DNA from: Nemertoderma westbladi
Taxonomy: Eukaryota; Animalia; Xenacoelomorpha
Direction: 5' to 3'
DNA length: 64,000 nt
Assembly: GCA_032718475.1 (NCBI GenBank)
Contig: JAUCBJ010001930.1
Span: forward strand, 64,062-128,061
Shown: positions 45,909 through 56,616 of the stretch, one piece after another
Position numbering within the stretch: position 1 is the first letter of the stretch
Layout of the letters: every line of letters begins with the position of its first letter
Made by a program: the position numbers and the translations under genes
Notes under the pieces: generated by a model
Told to the model about the DNA's origin: nothing
Database searches by the model: none
What the model saw: the letters and a program-made list of their open reading frames with translations, nothing else

Positions 45909-46724
45909 TGCAGCATTTCACCACACTTTCTGGCTTTAAACAAACACAAACCACCCTGCTTCCAGCTTCTCGCTGTCTCAGCTGGTCTCGTGTCTCGTGT
46001 TGGGGTTGGTGGTTGGCAGCTGGCGAGCTGGGCAGTGATCAGATGATGTGCTAAAAGCACCCAAAGGAAGAATGCAGGAATGCAGAATGTATACAGGTAT
46101 CAGGGTATACTGGTATAGGGTACCGGTACCTCTGTCAGTCTGTACCTCGTATATCGGTAACAGTATAGCCTATAGCATATAGCAGTAGGCCTATTCAGCT
46201 ATAGCACTGTAGCAGTATAGAGGTACCGGTATAGGCCTACCTGCTGCTGTGCTGACCTGTATGACAGTATGATGACAGTACCGGTATACATTTTTTTTTA
46301 ATCGGAAATAAGCCGGGACTCAGCAGTGGGCACATCAAGCAAAATATTACAGTAACATTGCGTACTAACTAATGCATAGGCAGAGGATATTCAGATATTA
46401 CAATGGTCATTTTGTGAGAAATTTGGTTAATTTGGTAGTGCCAGTTACGTTTATTATCAATAATAACGCCTAAGTACTTAATTGAGGTGGATTGTTTTAT
46501 TGTGTATGACTGTGTTTTAGTGTTTTTAGTTGTACGATATATTTTCTTATGTTTGGTGTTCTGGTTTTTGGAGAAAGTAAGATAAATTCAGTCTTATCCG
46601 TGTTGATATCTAGGTTTATATCTATTTAGAAACCTATTTATTTAGGTTTCGTTCCAGTTTGTCTACATGTTCAGATAAATTTTGTGTTGCTATTACAGGA
46701 TTTGAATGAGATGCAAATATTAGA

Positions 46725-47280
46725 GTGTTGTCGGCATATTCTGATATTGGATTTAGGTTAGGTCTAAATCAGAAAAGGCGGATATGTCATCATTCCAACT
46801 CATATTTCCACGTTTTATGTGGATTTACTCCAGTTACAGTTTGTCGAATGTTACGTAAAATTGAAGGCAAATCCAGTAGACGCCTGATGGATTTCCTAGT
46901 ATACTTTTTTTCGAAATTATCCCAGTCTCTGGCAGCTCCTTTAGCGGCTATATTTCAGGTATCTTTTATTTCTCATGCCCTGCCCAACATTTGGTTAACC
47001 GCTTATATTGTTTCAGTTTATAAGAAAGACGATGCTTCTAATCCGTACAATTATAGACCAATTTCATTAACTTGTATAGCCTGTAAAATAATGGAGATGT
47101 GTATTAAAGAGGAACGCATCAGCATGGCTTCTTACGTAAACGTAAACGGTCTACATGTACTCAATTACTGGAGTGTGTAAATGAATGGTGCAATTTACTG
47201 GACAAGCATCTGAGCACTGATACTATCTATATTGATTTTGCTAAAGCGTTCGATTCCGTTGTGCATAGTAAATTACGGCT
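46725..47280 (+). pseudogene. CR1-type LINE reverse transcriptase fragment
   Basis: PLAAIFQVSF...NYRPISLTCIACKIME, then in another frame YIDFAKAFDSVVHSKL. An opposite-strand LINE remnant (LDINTDKTEF) lies at ~46590-46615. Confidence 0.8.
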
Positions 47281-47680
47281 ACCAATTAAAGTCATCCCAA
47301 AATTGATTAAAATTTCACTAAAAAATTATTTTACACCAAATTAAATAATGTGACACCAAAAAAAATTATTCAACACGAAATATAATAAAGTCACCCCAAA
47401 TAAAATTATTCAAACACCAAACAAATTTTTCAACACCAAAAACAATTATTCAACACCAAAACAAATTATTCAATACCAAAATAAATAAATGCTCCCCAAA
47501 ACCAATAATTAGCACCAAAATAAATGACAAAACCCCCAAAATAATTACAAATTTTTCCAAAATAAATACATTTCCCCCCAAAACAAATACATTTTCCCCC
47601 AAAATAAAACTACATTTTCCCCCAAAACAAACACATTTTTGCCCAAAATAAATACATAATCCCCCAAAATAAATACTACT
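47280..47680. repeat. Degenerate (CACCAAAATAAA/CCCCAAAATAAA)-type tandem repeats
   Basis: Visible ~20-bp periodic A/C-rich array. Confidence 0.7.
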
Positions 47681-48199
47681 GCAGCAATAAGCCTAACACT
47701 TCGTGGAATTTAGATAAAAACTTCGAGACAGGGGTGAAACTGGACACAAAACCCACCTTGGCAAATTAACATCCCGCCTCAATGTTAAATTCTAAATTTA
47801 GAGAAAGGAGCAGGTTACAGTGGCACGTTATTTCAACCAAAACAATAAACTAAGTGTAAAAGCTTTTGCGGACATAACAAGTCATTTTACGCAATGCGCA
47901 GAATACTCTAAAATAGCCCTAAAATTGTTCAACTACGCGTCAGACGGAAATTAGAACCAAGATGACGAAATCTGTCAGCTGATTCTTTGTGTACGTGGAG
48001 ATTCCTTTGTTTGAGCTTATTCAGCCAATCAGAGCAATCTTTCCAGATATGCCAGTAGAGACCTATATGGTGGCCCATTAGAGCCACTATATTTTATTTA
48101 TTAATTTTTGCGTGAATAAAATTTCATTTAATTTAATGTAAATATTTAAATCAAGTACAATATATAAAAATACATTAAATTTACTTTCACTTTTGTTTC

Positions 48200-48625
48200 C
48201 AATTAGTTTTACTTTCACTTTCGTTTTATTTTTAGTTTTACTTTAACTTTCGTTTTAATTTTAGTTTTACTTTAACTTTCGTTTTAATTTTAGTTTTACT
48301 TTAACTTTCGTTTTAATTTTAGTTTTACTTTCACTTTCGTTTTAATTTTAGTTTTACTTTCACTTTCGTTTTAATTTTAGTTTTACTTTAACTTTCGTTT
48401 TAATTTTAGTTTTACTTTAACTTTCGTTTTAATTTTAGTTTTACATTCACTTTCGTTTTAATTTTAGTTTTACTTTAACTTTCGTTTTAATTTTAGTTTT
48501 ACTTTAACTTTCGTTTTAATTTTAGTTTTGCTTTAACTTTCGTTTTAATTTTAGTTTTACATTCACTTTCGATTTCATATTAGTTTTACTTTAACTTTAA
48601 CTTTCGTTTTAATTTCATTTTCGAT
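48200..48625. repeat. 29-bp tandem array in the left IS3EU TIR
   Basis: (TTTTACTTT(A/C)ACTTTCGTTTTAATTTTAG)n, roughly 14 copies. Confidence 0.92.
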
Positions 48626-48967
48626 TTTTGCACACGGCCCATTACAGTCACCCTATTAGCCAAGGACTACGGCGGCCACCTTTTACCCTTACAATCAATT
48701 GCAGGCTGTGGCTCCAATAGGCCATGCAAGGCAGCCCAGTACAGCCATCGATTTTCGAAGAGAAACTTAAAACTGATTTTTGCAGGTGGCCCATGGCGGT
48801 CATTTCCCTATGATGGGACTAGGAGAGCCAGACTGACAGAGAGAATTCACAACCTAGGCCTAACTCATACACTACTGCATTTTGCTGAATTGGATTGCTG
48901 TAAGGCATTTTACTGCTTTAATTTAGATCATTGGTTTAGGTCTATTTCATTTATTCATTATGGCATG

Positions 48968-50205
48968 TGTAAAAGCTTTTACTGAATTGTCCGGTTATTT
49001 TTCCTTATTTTTCCCGTAAAGTACTCTGTAGTTGGTTTACCAGGCATAAAAAGGCCGTGTCCTTGCTGTACTGGTGTTTTAGCGGACATAAGAGCTATTT
49101 CTTCTGTATTTGTACTTTAGAGGACATAATCCGTAATTCCGTGACGTAAAAGCTCGATACTCTTGAAAACAGTGTCGCTACCATGACGACAGCTAGCAGC
49201 TGATATTGCCACGTCGACGTTTCTTTGTTTCTCTGTTCTCTCGTTGTTCAGGTTGACCAATCAGAGCGTTTGTTGTCTTTGTGTTGGAGGTATATACAGA
49301 AACTCAGTAGTTCAGTGTTATGTTTTTTGACCAGAGCCTAAGAACCGGCTTTGGCACCTCCGTGTTTTAGTTTTTAGTCTTACACTAGTAGGTTTAATTA
49401 TAAAGGGCATATATCCTTTAACCTACCTGACTCATGGAATCACTGCTGACTGATGATCATACATGCTGACTGATGATTATACATGCTGACTGCTGAAACA
49501 TTGCAAACTCATAACAATCAGTGTTTTCATTGTTGTTTTATACTGCTATTTACCGTCAGTTCTTCATAATATGGTTGATGAATTATTATATTTGGAATAA
49601 CGATAAACAACCCCGAAACCCAATGTTCTTGATATACCGAAGGTAAGAGAGAAGGGTTACAGATAAACGATTGTGACTTATGTTAAAGTGGTTTGAAGTG
49701 AATCTAATGTTATTTGATAGACCCTACATGAGCCAGTCTGTGTTCCTTTTATATGTGACTAAAATCAGTGAAGATCGGCAGATTAGTGTGCAGTATTGTG
49801 CAGCATTGTGTATGAGTGAGTCTGTTAAAGAAGCATTCCTAAAGAATGCGCCATATATGTGAATTATAATTAAGCCATATCGTTGTGAGTGGTTTAAGTC
49901 ATAACTCTGTTTATATAGATAAAACGCCACGTCCTAAAGGAACTGTTAATATTCCCGAAGGTGAATAATATTGTCAGAGATTATATAATACTGTCAGTCG
50001 AATAATACATTAGGCTTACATAGCAATAAAATTAAACCGTCGAACCCAATCTCCCGGGAATTTCCAGCGGGTGAATGGTCGCGCACGGATTGGTTTCGAC
50101 TAGTGTAGTGAATCAAATACTTGTCATAGACTAAAAACTGATTTAATATCTAGAAGACATCTTAATTTGGTGGGTTAAACTGCCAAAGGTCTGAAAGCGC
50201 GAACA
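48968..50205 (+). repeat. 5' LTR of the BEL element
   Basis: TGTAAAAGCTTTTACTG...GCGCGAACA; matches 59640-60877 at a constant offset of 10672. Confidence 0.95.
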
Positions 50206-52415
50206 TTAAAGGATATAGCTTCTTTATTGCAGTAAGCAATAAAGTTGAAAGTACCGGTCAACCGGTACATCTGTAGGTCAGTAGGCCCAACTGCCAGAAC
50301 CGGTACCAGTAGGCCTGACTACCTAACCACCCGGACCGGTACCTACAGCAGTACAGGTACAGCAGTATTATTCGATTTTGATTATTATATACCAGTAGGC
50401 CTTAATAATTAATCAGGGACTGCAGCCCTGATTTTTTATTGAGATTTTACTTATTTCTGTCAAGTTTTATTTATTTGTAGGCCAGTATTGAACAGAAGGC
50501 GTGTAAGCCTGATCAGATTGTACAGACGATTTGTAGGCTGAGCTGTTGTCTGATTGCTGTTAAGTCCGAACGAATTGCAGTGTGTGTAGAGCACTTGTCC
50601 GATTAAGTACGGTTAGGAAGTAGGGGCAGCCAATGCGGTAGGGTAAACCCCCAACTAAAGAATAAGTCGCACTACTGAGTTAGAGCGCATACTCCCTAAT
50701 CATTTCGGAGTCTGCATGTCCTGTAGTTTATTTAGGCTTGAGAGTAGTCTGCCATCGTTTAGTCTGTACTTTGTTTGTGTAAGTCTGTACGGGTAGCGTA
50801 TAATTTTATTTAAATAATTTGTAGGCTGGATAGTTGTCTGGCTGTTATTAAGTCTGAACGGATTGCCGCGTGTGTAGATCATCTGTCCGATTAAGTACGA
50901 TTAGGCAGTAGGGGCAGCAACGCTGTAAGGTAAACCCCCAACTAAAGAATAAGTCGCACTACTGGGTTAGAGCGCATACTCCCTAATCATTTCGGAGTCT
51001 GCATATACCTTAGTTTGTTTAGGCTTGATAGTAGTCTGTCAGTGTTCGGTCTGTATTTTGTTTGAGTAGTTTGTACGCGTAGCGTAATATTTATTATTCA
51101 GAGTTTATGCGATTATTCGCAACATTCAAGTCCCCAAGTTTGTTCCTACAGTAATTGTGTTTGTTATACATACCGCTATAGTTAAATTAACCTCGGTACT
51201 ACACGGGCTGCTCGGCGTAGGTAAAGACTGGTGATTTTGTGCATCGGTCACTCCAGCAGATGCCGTGGTTCTTTTAGCTGTTCAAGTATATTTAATTACT
51301 GATTATCTGTTGTACAAGTACTCGTACCTAATTTAGGGTTTAGTGTACAGTGCTTTCCGAAGTAATTATTGTAGACATTATATCTGTGTTGTAAAGCGGT
51401 TGATAGGCACATTCGATTAGCTCTACTAACTTCTAGGTAGGAACACTCCGTGATACATAACGTAGAACCTATAGCGATACGGCTATAGGTCGTCAGGCGG
51501 TGGTATTTTCCTATCTAGACAACGCAGTGTATTTACTACTACTTATTATTTCAAATACCGTAGTACCCTGTCCGCTGTAATAATCAGTTTTCTAACCCTT
51601 TGTTAGGCTGGTTTGTAGACTTCTTGTAAAATTACCCTAAAAAATTCGTATTTTGCGTTTTTTGTAAATTTTTGCATTTATTTAGAGATTGTAATCTCAA
51701 CCCGAATTGTACGTAATTTGTAGTATTAAGTAACTTAGGTAAATTAGTATTATTTGTTTTAGTGTCTCATAAGTAACACTTCATTGAAAGCGCACCGCTT
51801 TGTGTAGTGATTACCCCCAGAAATAATAACATTTATTTCAAACATTGACAAAGCCCATTAAAACGGGTATATATATATTATAAATCAAATCTAACGATTT
51901 ATAAATCGTAGGCCTACCATACAACCATTAGGTCTCAATATCAGTTGGATTACTGCTCAAATAACGGTAATAAAGTAAGTAAAGTAACAAAGTAACCCTA
52001 AAGTAACAGAAGTTCAATTATTTGAAATAATTGATATACCGGTATTTACGATAGGCCTATTATCTTTATTTCTATAAATCTAGGCTGAAATTATACCGGT
52101 ACTTGTAATTAATTCTATTTCAGAATTATATATCCTACAAACTGTAAGCTGTATACCGGTATTCCGATAGGCCTATTATATATTTATATATATTTGTGCT
52201 AAAATTATACCGGTATTCTGTGATAAACCTAGTCTGTAATAATACTTATATAGTTATATATACTATAAGTATACCGGTATTCTAATATATTATATATATA
52301 TCACGCTACACTGAGTAGCAGTAATGGTAATTAATTACTAGGCTAGCAGTTCATACTGAGTTACTAGACTTGCTCAGACTAATACAGCAGTAGACATTCA
52401 ACTGTACACATAAGC

Positions 52416-55400
52416 ATGTCTGACGCAAAGCAGAATCTGTCAGACAGTCTACTAGATACAACCGAGAGCGAAGTGACAGCAGAGAAACCGCATAAGAAGG
52501 ATGCCATTGATATCTATCTGTCAGACTATCAGCGTTTTGTGGGAGATAAAGAGTTGAGGAGAAGGCTAGAGGGACTTAGCCCTAATAGTGAAGGAGCCCA
52601 GCGTGTGTTGGATGCAATTGATGTGGATAGGTTAGCGGCGAACCAAGCTAAATTCGATGAACAACTCCGCATCGCTAGAGACCAAGAAGAACAAATCAAG
52701 AAAAAACGTATAGAAGACAGAAAGACAGCGGCAGTGGCAGCAGCAGTGGCAGCGGCAGAAGCAGAAAGAAAAGCGGCAGTGGCAGCGGCAGAGGCAGAGG
52801 CAGAAGCCAAAAGAAAAGTGGCAGCGGCAGAGGCAGAGGCAGAAGCCAAAAGAAAAGTGGCAGCGGCAGAGGCAGAGGCAGAAGCCGAAAGAAAAGTGGC
52901 AGCAGCAGCGGCCGAAGCAGAAAGAAAGGCGGCTGTCGCAGCGGTCGAGGCAGTAGCAGAAGCAGAACGGAGAGCTTCCGAAGAAACCACCCAATTAGAA
53001 TTGGAAAACATTCAGGAGAATCAAGACTGCATAAATAAACAGTTAACAGCTAGTAATATGCAGATGATGAATCGATCTACTCCCAAACGACAGGGATATA
53101 CATCATCTGAGGAAGGTGATACCACCGATACTGAAGGCAAAGGAAATAGATCTCGTCCAAGTAGACGTAAAAGAACATTCCACCGGCAGAAATTGCCTGA
53201 TTTGCCTCCAGCTGTTAGAAGGCAACTAAATAACACCAACTTAGGTAGTACAGAGCTCACAGACCCAATAATTAAAATAGAAAGACTCCCTACTATAGTA
53301 GATGAGCCTGAAATAATTAGGCCTGTTCTTGAAATCACCCTTTCGGTGATAGACATACCTGTGCTCCCTGAGACTACCTATAAATTCCCTCTACATAGCA
53401 CTAAGCTACCTGTGCCCCGTAGAACTGCCCGAGAGACAGTTCAGGTCCTGGACCCCGAGCGAAATATTCAGAATTTGTCGCCCGTTGTCCCTTGTCTGCC
53501 CGCTACGACGTTGGCGGATCCCGTTTCGGCGGTTGATTGGGTAGACGAGAGACGGCGGGGGATGGATATTCTCCTTGGAGAGATGGAGGAGAATCGGATA
53601 CGCTCCTCCCAACAGGTCCGAGAGTTGGAAGGGACTGTCCAACATTTAAAGGGAACAGTGAGGGAAAGTAGGCTAGAGTTGCAAGAAGTGCAGCAAAGTA
53701 TCGCGCTTGAACGCGATAAATTAGTAAACACCCAAAAGGGTATACCACCACCCTCTGTAACAATGTGTCAACCCGTTAGGTCTGAAGTATCTCATGCGCA
53801 AGGTGTGGAGCCTACACGCATCTATACTGCTAGCGAAGTAGAAACTCCTATAGTGAACCCTATTAAGGGTAATTATAGACCTGTTTGTAATGATATTCCC
53901 TATGGAACTGATCATAATCCGAGGAATTTATATACAGATAACTCGATATTAAATAGCACAATGGCCCAAGAAAGTTTTACGCGTCAAATGGCTAGAACCG
54001 AAGCCCGGCAAGCGGTAAAGGTGGGAGAGATCGTTAAGTTCAATGGAGATGAGATGAAATGGTTACCTTTTAATGAATATTACAAAGATAATATACAGAA
54101 CTCTGTACTATCTAATGGAGAAAAACTTAGATACCTCATCGAGTGCTTGGAAGGATCTCCCAAGTCAATGGCGTTAAAATTTATTGGACATCCAGATGGA
54201 TTAAGACAAGTTTGGGATACACTAAACATCAGGTATGGTAATAGGAATGACATAGCTGGGTATTTGTATGCAAAATTAATGGCGCCCCGAAAGTTTCTTA
54301 GCAGCGGGATTATAGAGTTTTCCGATGAGACTCAGGAGATCTGTAGACAATTAGATTGGCTAGGTAAGTCTCATGAATACCAGAATTCTATGGTTGTAAG
54401 AGCCTTAGCATCTGCTTTGCCCAAGGGTGGAGTAGGTACACGCTGGGATAAGAAGGTGTTATATATGATGGAACAACAACGACGAGACCCTACCATGACT
54501 GATCTCATGTCATTCTTAGATAGAGAAGTGAAATTACAGCTCCTAAGGCAGTCCAGAGAGAAGACATTGGAAAACAAGGTAAGTGAGAAACCCGTTTCTA
54601 GGAGAAGGGTAACACCAGTATGTTATACCGACGACGGTGAAAGCCAAACCTCTCAAGGAGAGGACAGCGGGAAAGACACTGACAGGCCTTATTATGTCAA
54701 TAAAATGCCTAAAGAACAGGTAAGTAAATCCAAGTCTCGACCCAATGACAGAAGGGAACCGGTACAAAAAACCCCTCCTACGTCTCCTAAAGGAATTCAG
54801 GTGAGAAAGCCCGAGGAAAGAACAAGTGTGCACCACATAGCACAGGTTAAAGTAAGTAACATCAAGCCGAAATGTGTGCTGTGCGACGGGCCCCACCATT
54901 TAAATGCGTGTGATAAATTCCTGAGGAAATCACTCGAGGATAGACGTGAAGTCATGTGGGATAAGCGGTTGTGTTATAATTGCCTCAGACGAGGACACCA
55001 ACGGCGAACCTGTAACTCCGACGCAAGGTGTGCAAAGTGCGGCGCAAATCATCATATCTTGTTGCACACGGAATTCGAACGAAACAGCCCGAGTCAGGTA
55101 AGTGAGTCCGAACTACATGTCCAATTCAGTGATGTGAACGACACTGATCAATCTGAGATGGAAGGATTCTATACGGACGAGTTCTCCGACCAAAACGAAT
55201 CCTGTTACCTAATAAACACCACCGCAGTGTATCGAGCACTCGTACATGAGAAAGACACAGACAGCGACCTTACCTTAACTACTTCCGATCAACAACCATC
55301 TTGGAAAGCGCCAACTTCCAATATAGGAATCCGAGAGTTTCCTGTGGTGCAGGTAAGGGTGCACGGACCTAAACGGAGTTATGTAGTGAACGCCCTCCTG

Positions 55401-56012
55401 GACTCCGGCAGCACAGGAACATTCATCGATAAAGAGCTAGCCGAAGATATATTTGCTGGACAGCCCAAGTTCCAAACTAAGCTCAACATGTCAGGCATTA
55501 TGCAAGTTTGGAAATCTACAATAACAGCTGATTATTATGTAGGCGCGTTGTCCACCCCACAAGACGAACTAGGAGAACACAGCATAAGGTCAGTGAAAAT
55601 GGTGGCTATAAAGAACTTCGCTACTACTCAAGCAGACCTTTATAATTGGGACGAGGATGAGAGCATCCAACATCTTAACATACCTCGATTTCAGACTGAT
55701 TATCCTGGAGTGCAAATACTCATCGGCCAAAACGCGCATGAGGCGCTGGAGACATTAGAGAAACGACCTGCTCAACCGCAGCCACTACAGACCTATGCGG
55801 TAAGAACTAGAGTAGGTTGGTACCTTACTGGACCTTCCCGTAGAACGCTCAGGGAAAGACTGCTTCAAGATCGCGTCTGCCAGGTGAGTGAATGGGAAGA
55901 TGATACTAGTGAGGGAGACGACCCAACTGAGGGAACACCACACTCCTCAGATAATGACAATCTTAGCTCCAATGTAGGTAGATCAATGGAGATATTGCCC
56001 CAAGAAGTTTAA
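52416..56012 (+). CDS. BEL/Pao Gag plus aspartic protease
   Basis: 1198 aa: Ala/Glu-rich repeat coiled coil, BEL capsid-like KFNGDEMKW...LSNGEKLRYL, three knuckles (CVLCDGPHHLNAC, CYNCLRRGHQRRTC, CAKCGANHHILLH) and protease ALLDSGS. Confidence 0.9.
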   Translation: MSDAKQNLSDSLLDTTESEVTAEKPHKKDAIDIYLSDYQRFVGDKELRRRLEGLSPNSEGAQRVLDAIDVDRLAANQAKFDEQLRIARDQEEQIKKKRIEDRKTAAVAAAVAAAEAERKAAVAAAEAEAEAKRKVAAAEAEAEAKRKVAAAEAEAEAERKVAAAAAEAERKAAVAAVEAVAEAERRASEETTQLELENIQENQDCINKQLTASNMQMMNRSTPKRQGYTSSEEGDTTDTEGKGNRSRPSRRKRTFHRQKLPDLPPAVRRQLNNTNLGSTELTDPIIKIERLPTIVDEPEIIRPVLEITLSVIDIPVLPETTYKFPLHSTKLPVPRRTARETVQVLDPERNIQNLSPVVPCLPATTLADPVSAVDWVDERRRGMDILLGEMEENRIRSSQQVRELEGTVQHLKGTVRESRLELQEVQQSIALERDKLVNTQKGIPPPSVTMCQPVRSEVSHAQGVEPTRIYTASEVETPIVNPIKGNYRPVCNDIPYGTDHNPRNLYTDNSILNSTMAQESFTRQMARTEARQAVKVGEIVKFNGDEMKWLPFNEYYKDNIQNSVLSNGEKLRYLIECLEGSPKSMALKFIGHPDGLRQVWDTLNIRYGNRNDIAGYLYAKLMAPRKFLSSGIIEFSDETQEICRQLDWLGKSHEYQNSMVVRALASALPKGGVGTRWDKKVLYMMEQQRRDPTMTDLMSFLDREVKLQLLRQSREKTLENKVSEKPVSRRRVTPVCYTDDGESQTSQGEDSGKDTDRPYYVNKMPKEQVSKSKSRPNDRREPVQKTPPTSPKGIQVRKPEERTSVHHIAQVKVSNIKPKCVLCDGPHHLNACDKFLRKSLEDRREVMWDKRLCYNCLRRGHQRRTCNSDARCAKCGANHHILLHTEFERNSPSQVSESELHVQFSDVNDTDQSEMEGFYTDEFSDQNESCYLINTTAVYRALVHEKDTDSDLTLTTSDQQPSWKAPTSNIGIREFPVVQVRVHGPKRSYVVNALLDSGSTGTFIDKELAEDIFAGQPKFQTKLNMSGIMQVWKSTITADYYVGALSTPQDELGEHSIRSVKMVAIKNFATTQADLYNWDEDESIQHLNIPRFQTDYPGVQILIGQNAHEALETLEKRPAQPQPLQTYAVRTRVGWYLTGPSRRTLRERLLQDRVCQVSEWEDDTSEGDDPTEGTPHSSDNDNLSSNVGRSMEILPQEV

Positions 56013-56616
56013 TCCAACGGAAATCGCTTCCAAAGGAGCAACTCCTCAAGAACTGACAGATACTACAGACCGGTTAGGTGAACCCGACTTCCTGAGTAAG
56101 GAGAATGAATGGCCTCCCCATCTTACTCCGACTGAGATTAGACCAGCCAAGGGAGCGGAGAAAGTCGAACCTGAAACCCGGACGGGTGGATCGGAGTTAT
56201 TTGAACCCGGGATAGATCTGTCGGTATTACATGTTGCCAGGGACGACGCCGTGGATCTGGGCCTCCCCACCGCGAGTGGACCCTTCATGAAGATCAGAGA
56301 GAGCGATTGGAGCTCTGGAACATCAGACGTCTCGCAGGGACTCTCACCTCTCCTGCAGAGAGCGACGGACCACTATAGCTCCTGGAATCGGCTTTGTGAC
56401 ACCGTCATATACTTTGAGCGATGTTTCTATCGTCACTATTCCAGGACGAAGAGGAAACCTGGAATTGTATTCAGGATGCAGCGACTCAATCACCCAGTCG
56501 GTCGTTTGTGTTTATCGGAAGGGAATGGAGGACTCTCCGGAAACTGTGGAAGGCAAGATTCTCTTCCCACGACCACCTCCCTAATCCTTCAAACATCTAG
56601 GGACTCCATAACGTAA
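55978..56616 (+). pseudogene. BEL RNase H C-terminal/connection remnant, an open frame at +1 relative to gag-pro
   Basis: Manual translation gives DQWRYCPKKFNPTEIASKG...EPDFLSKENEWP...YSSWNRLCDTVIYFERCF, matching the BEL QWRxVPxxxNPADxxSRG, GPxFL..WP and SSWxRL motifs. Confidence 0.75.

Noticed and set aside
49680-49930. Small ORFs duplicated at 60352-60602
   Set aside because: They are duplicated only because they lie in the LTRs, and the frame is not preserved in the sister solo LTR.
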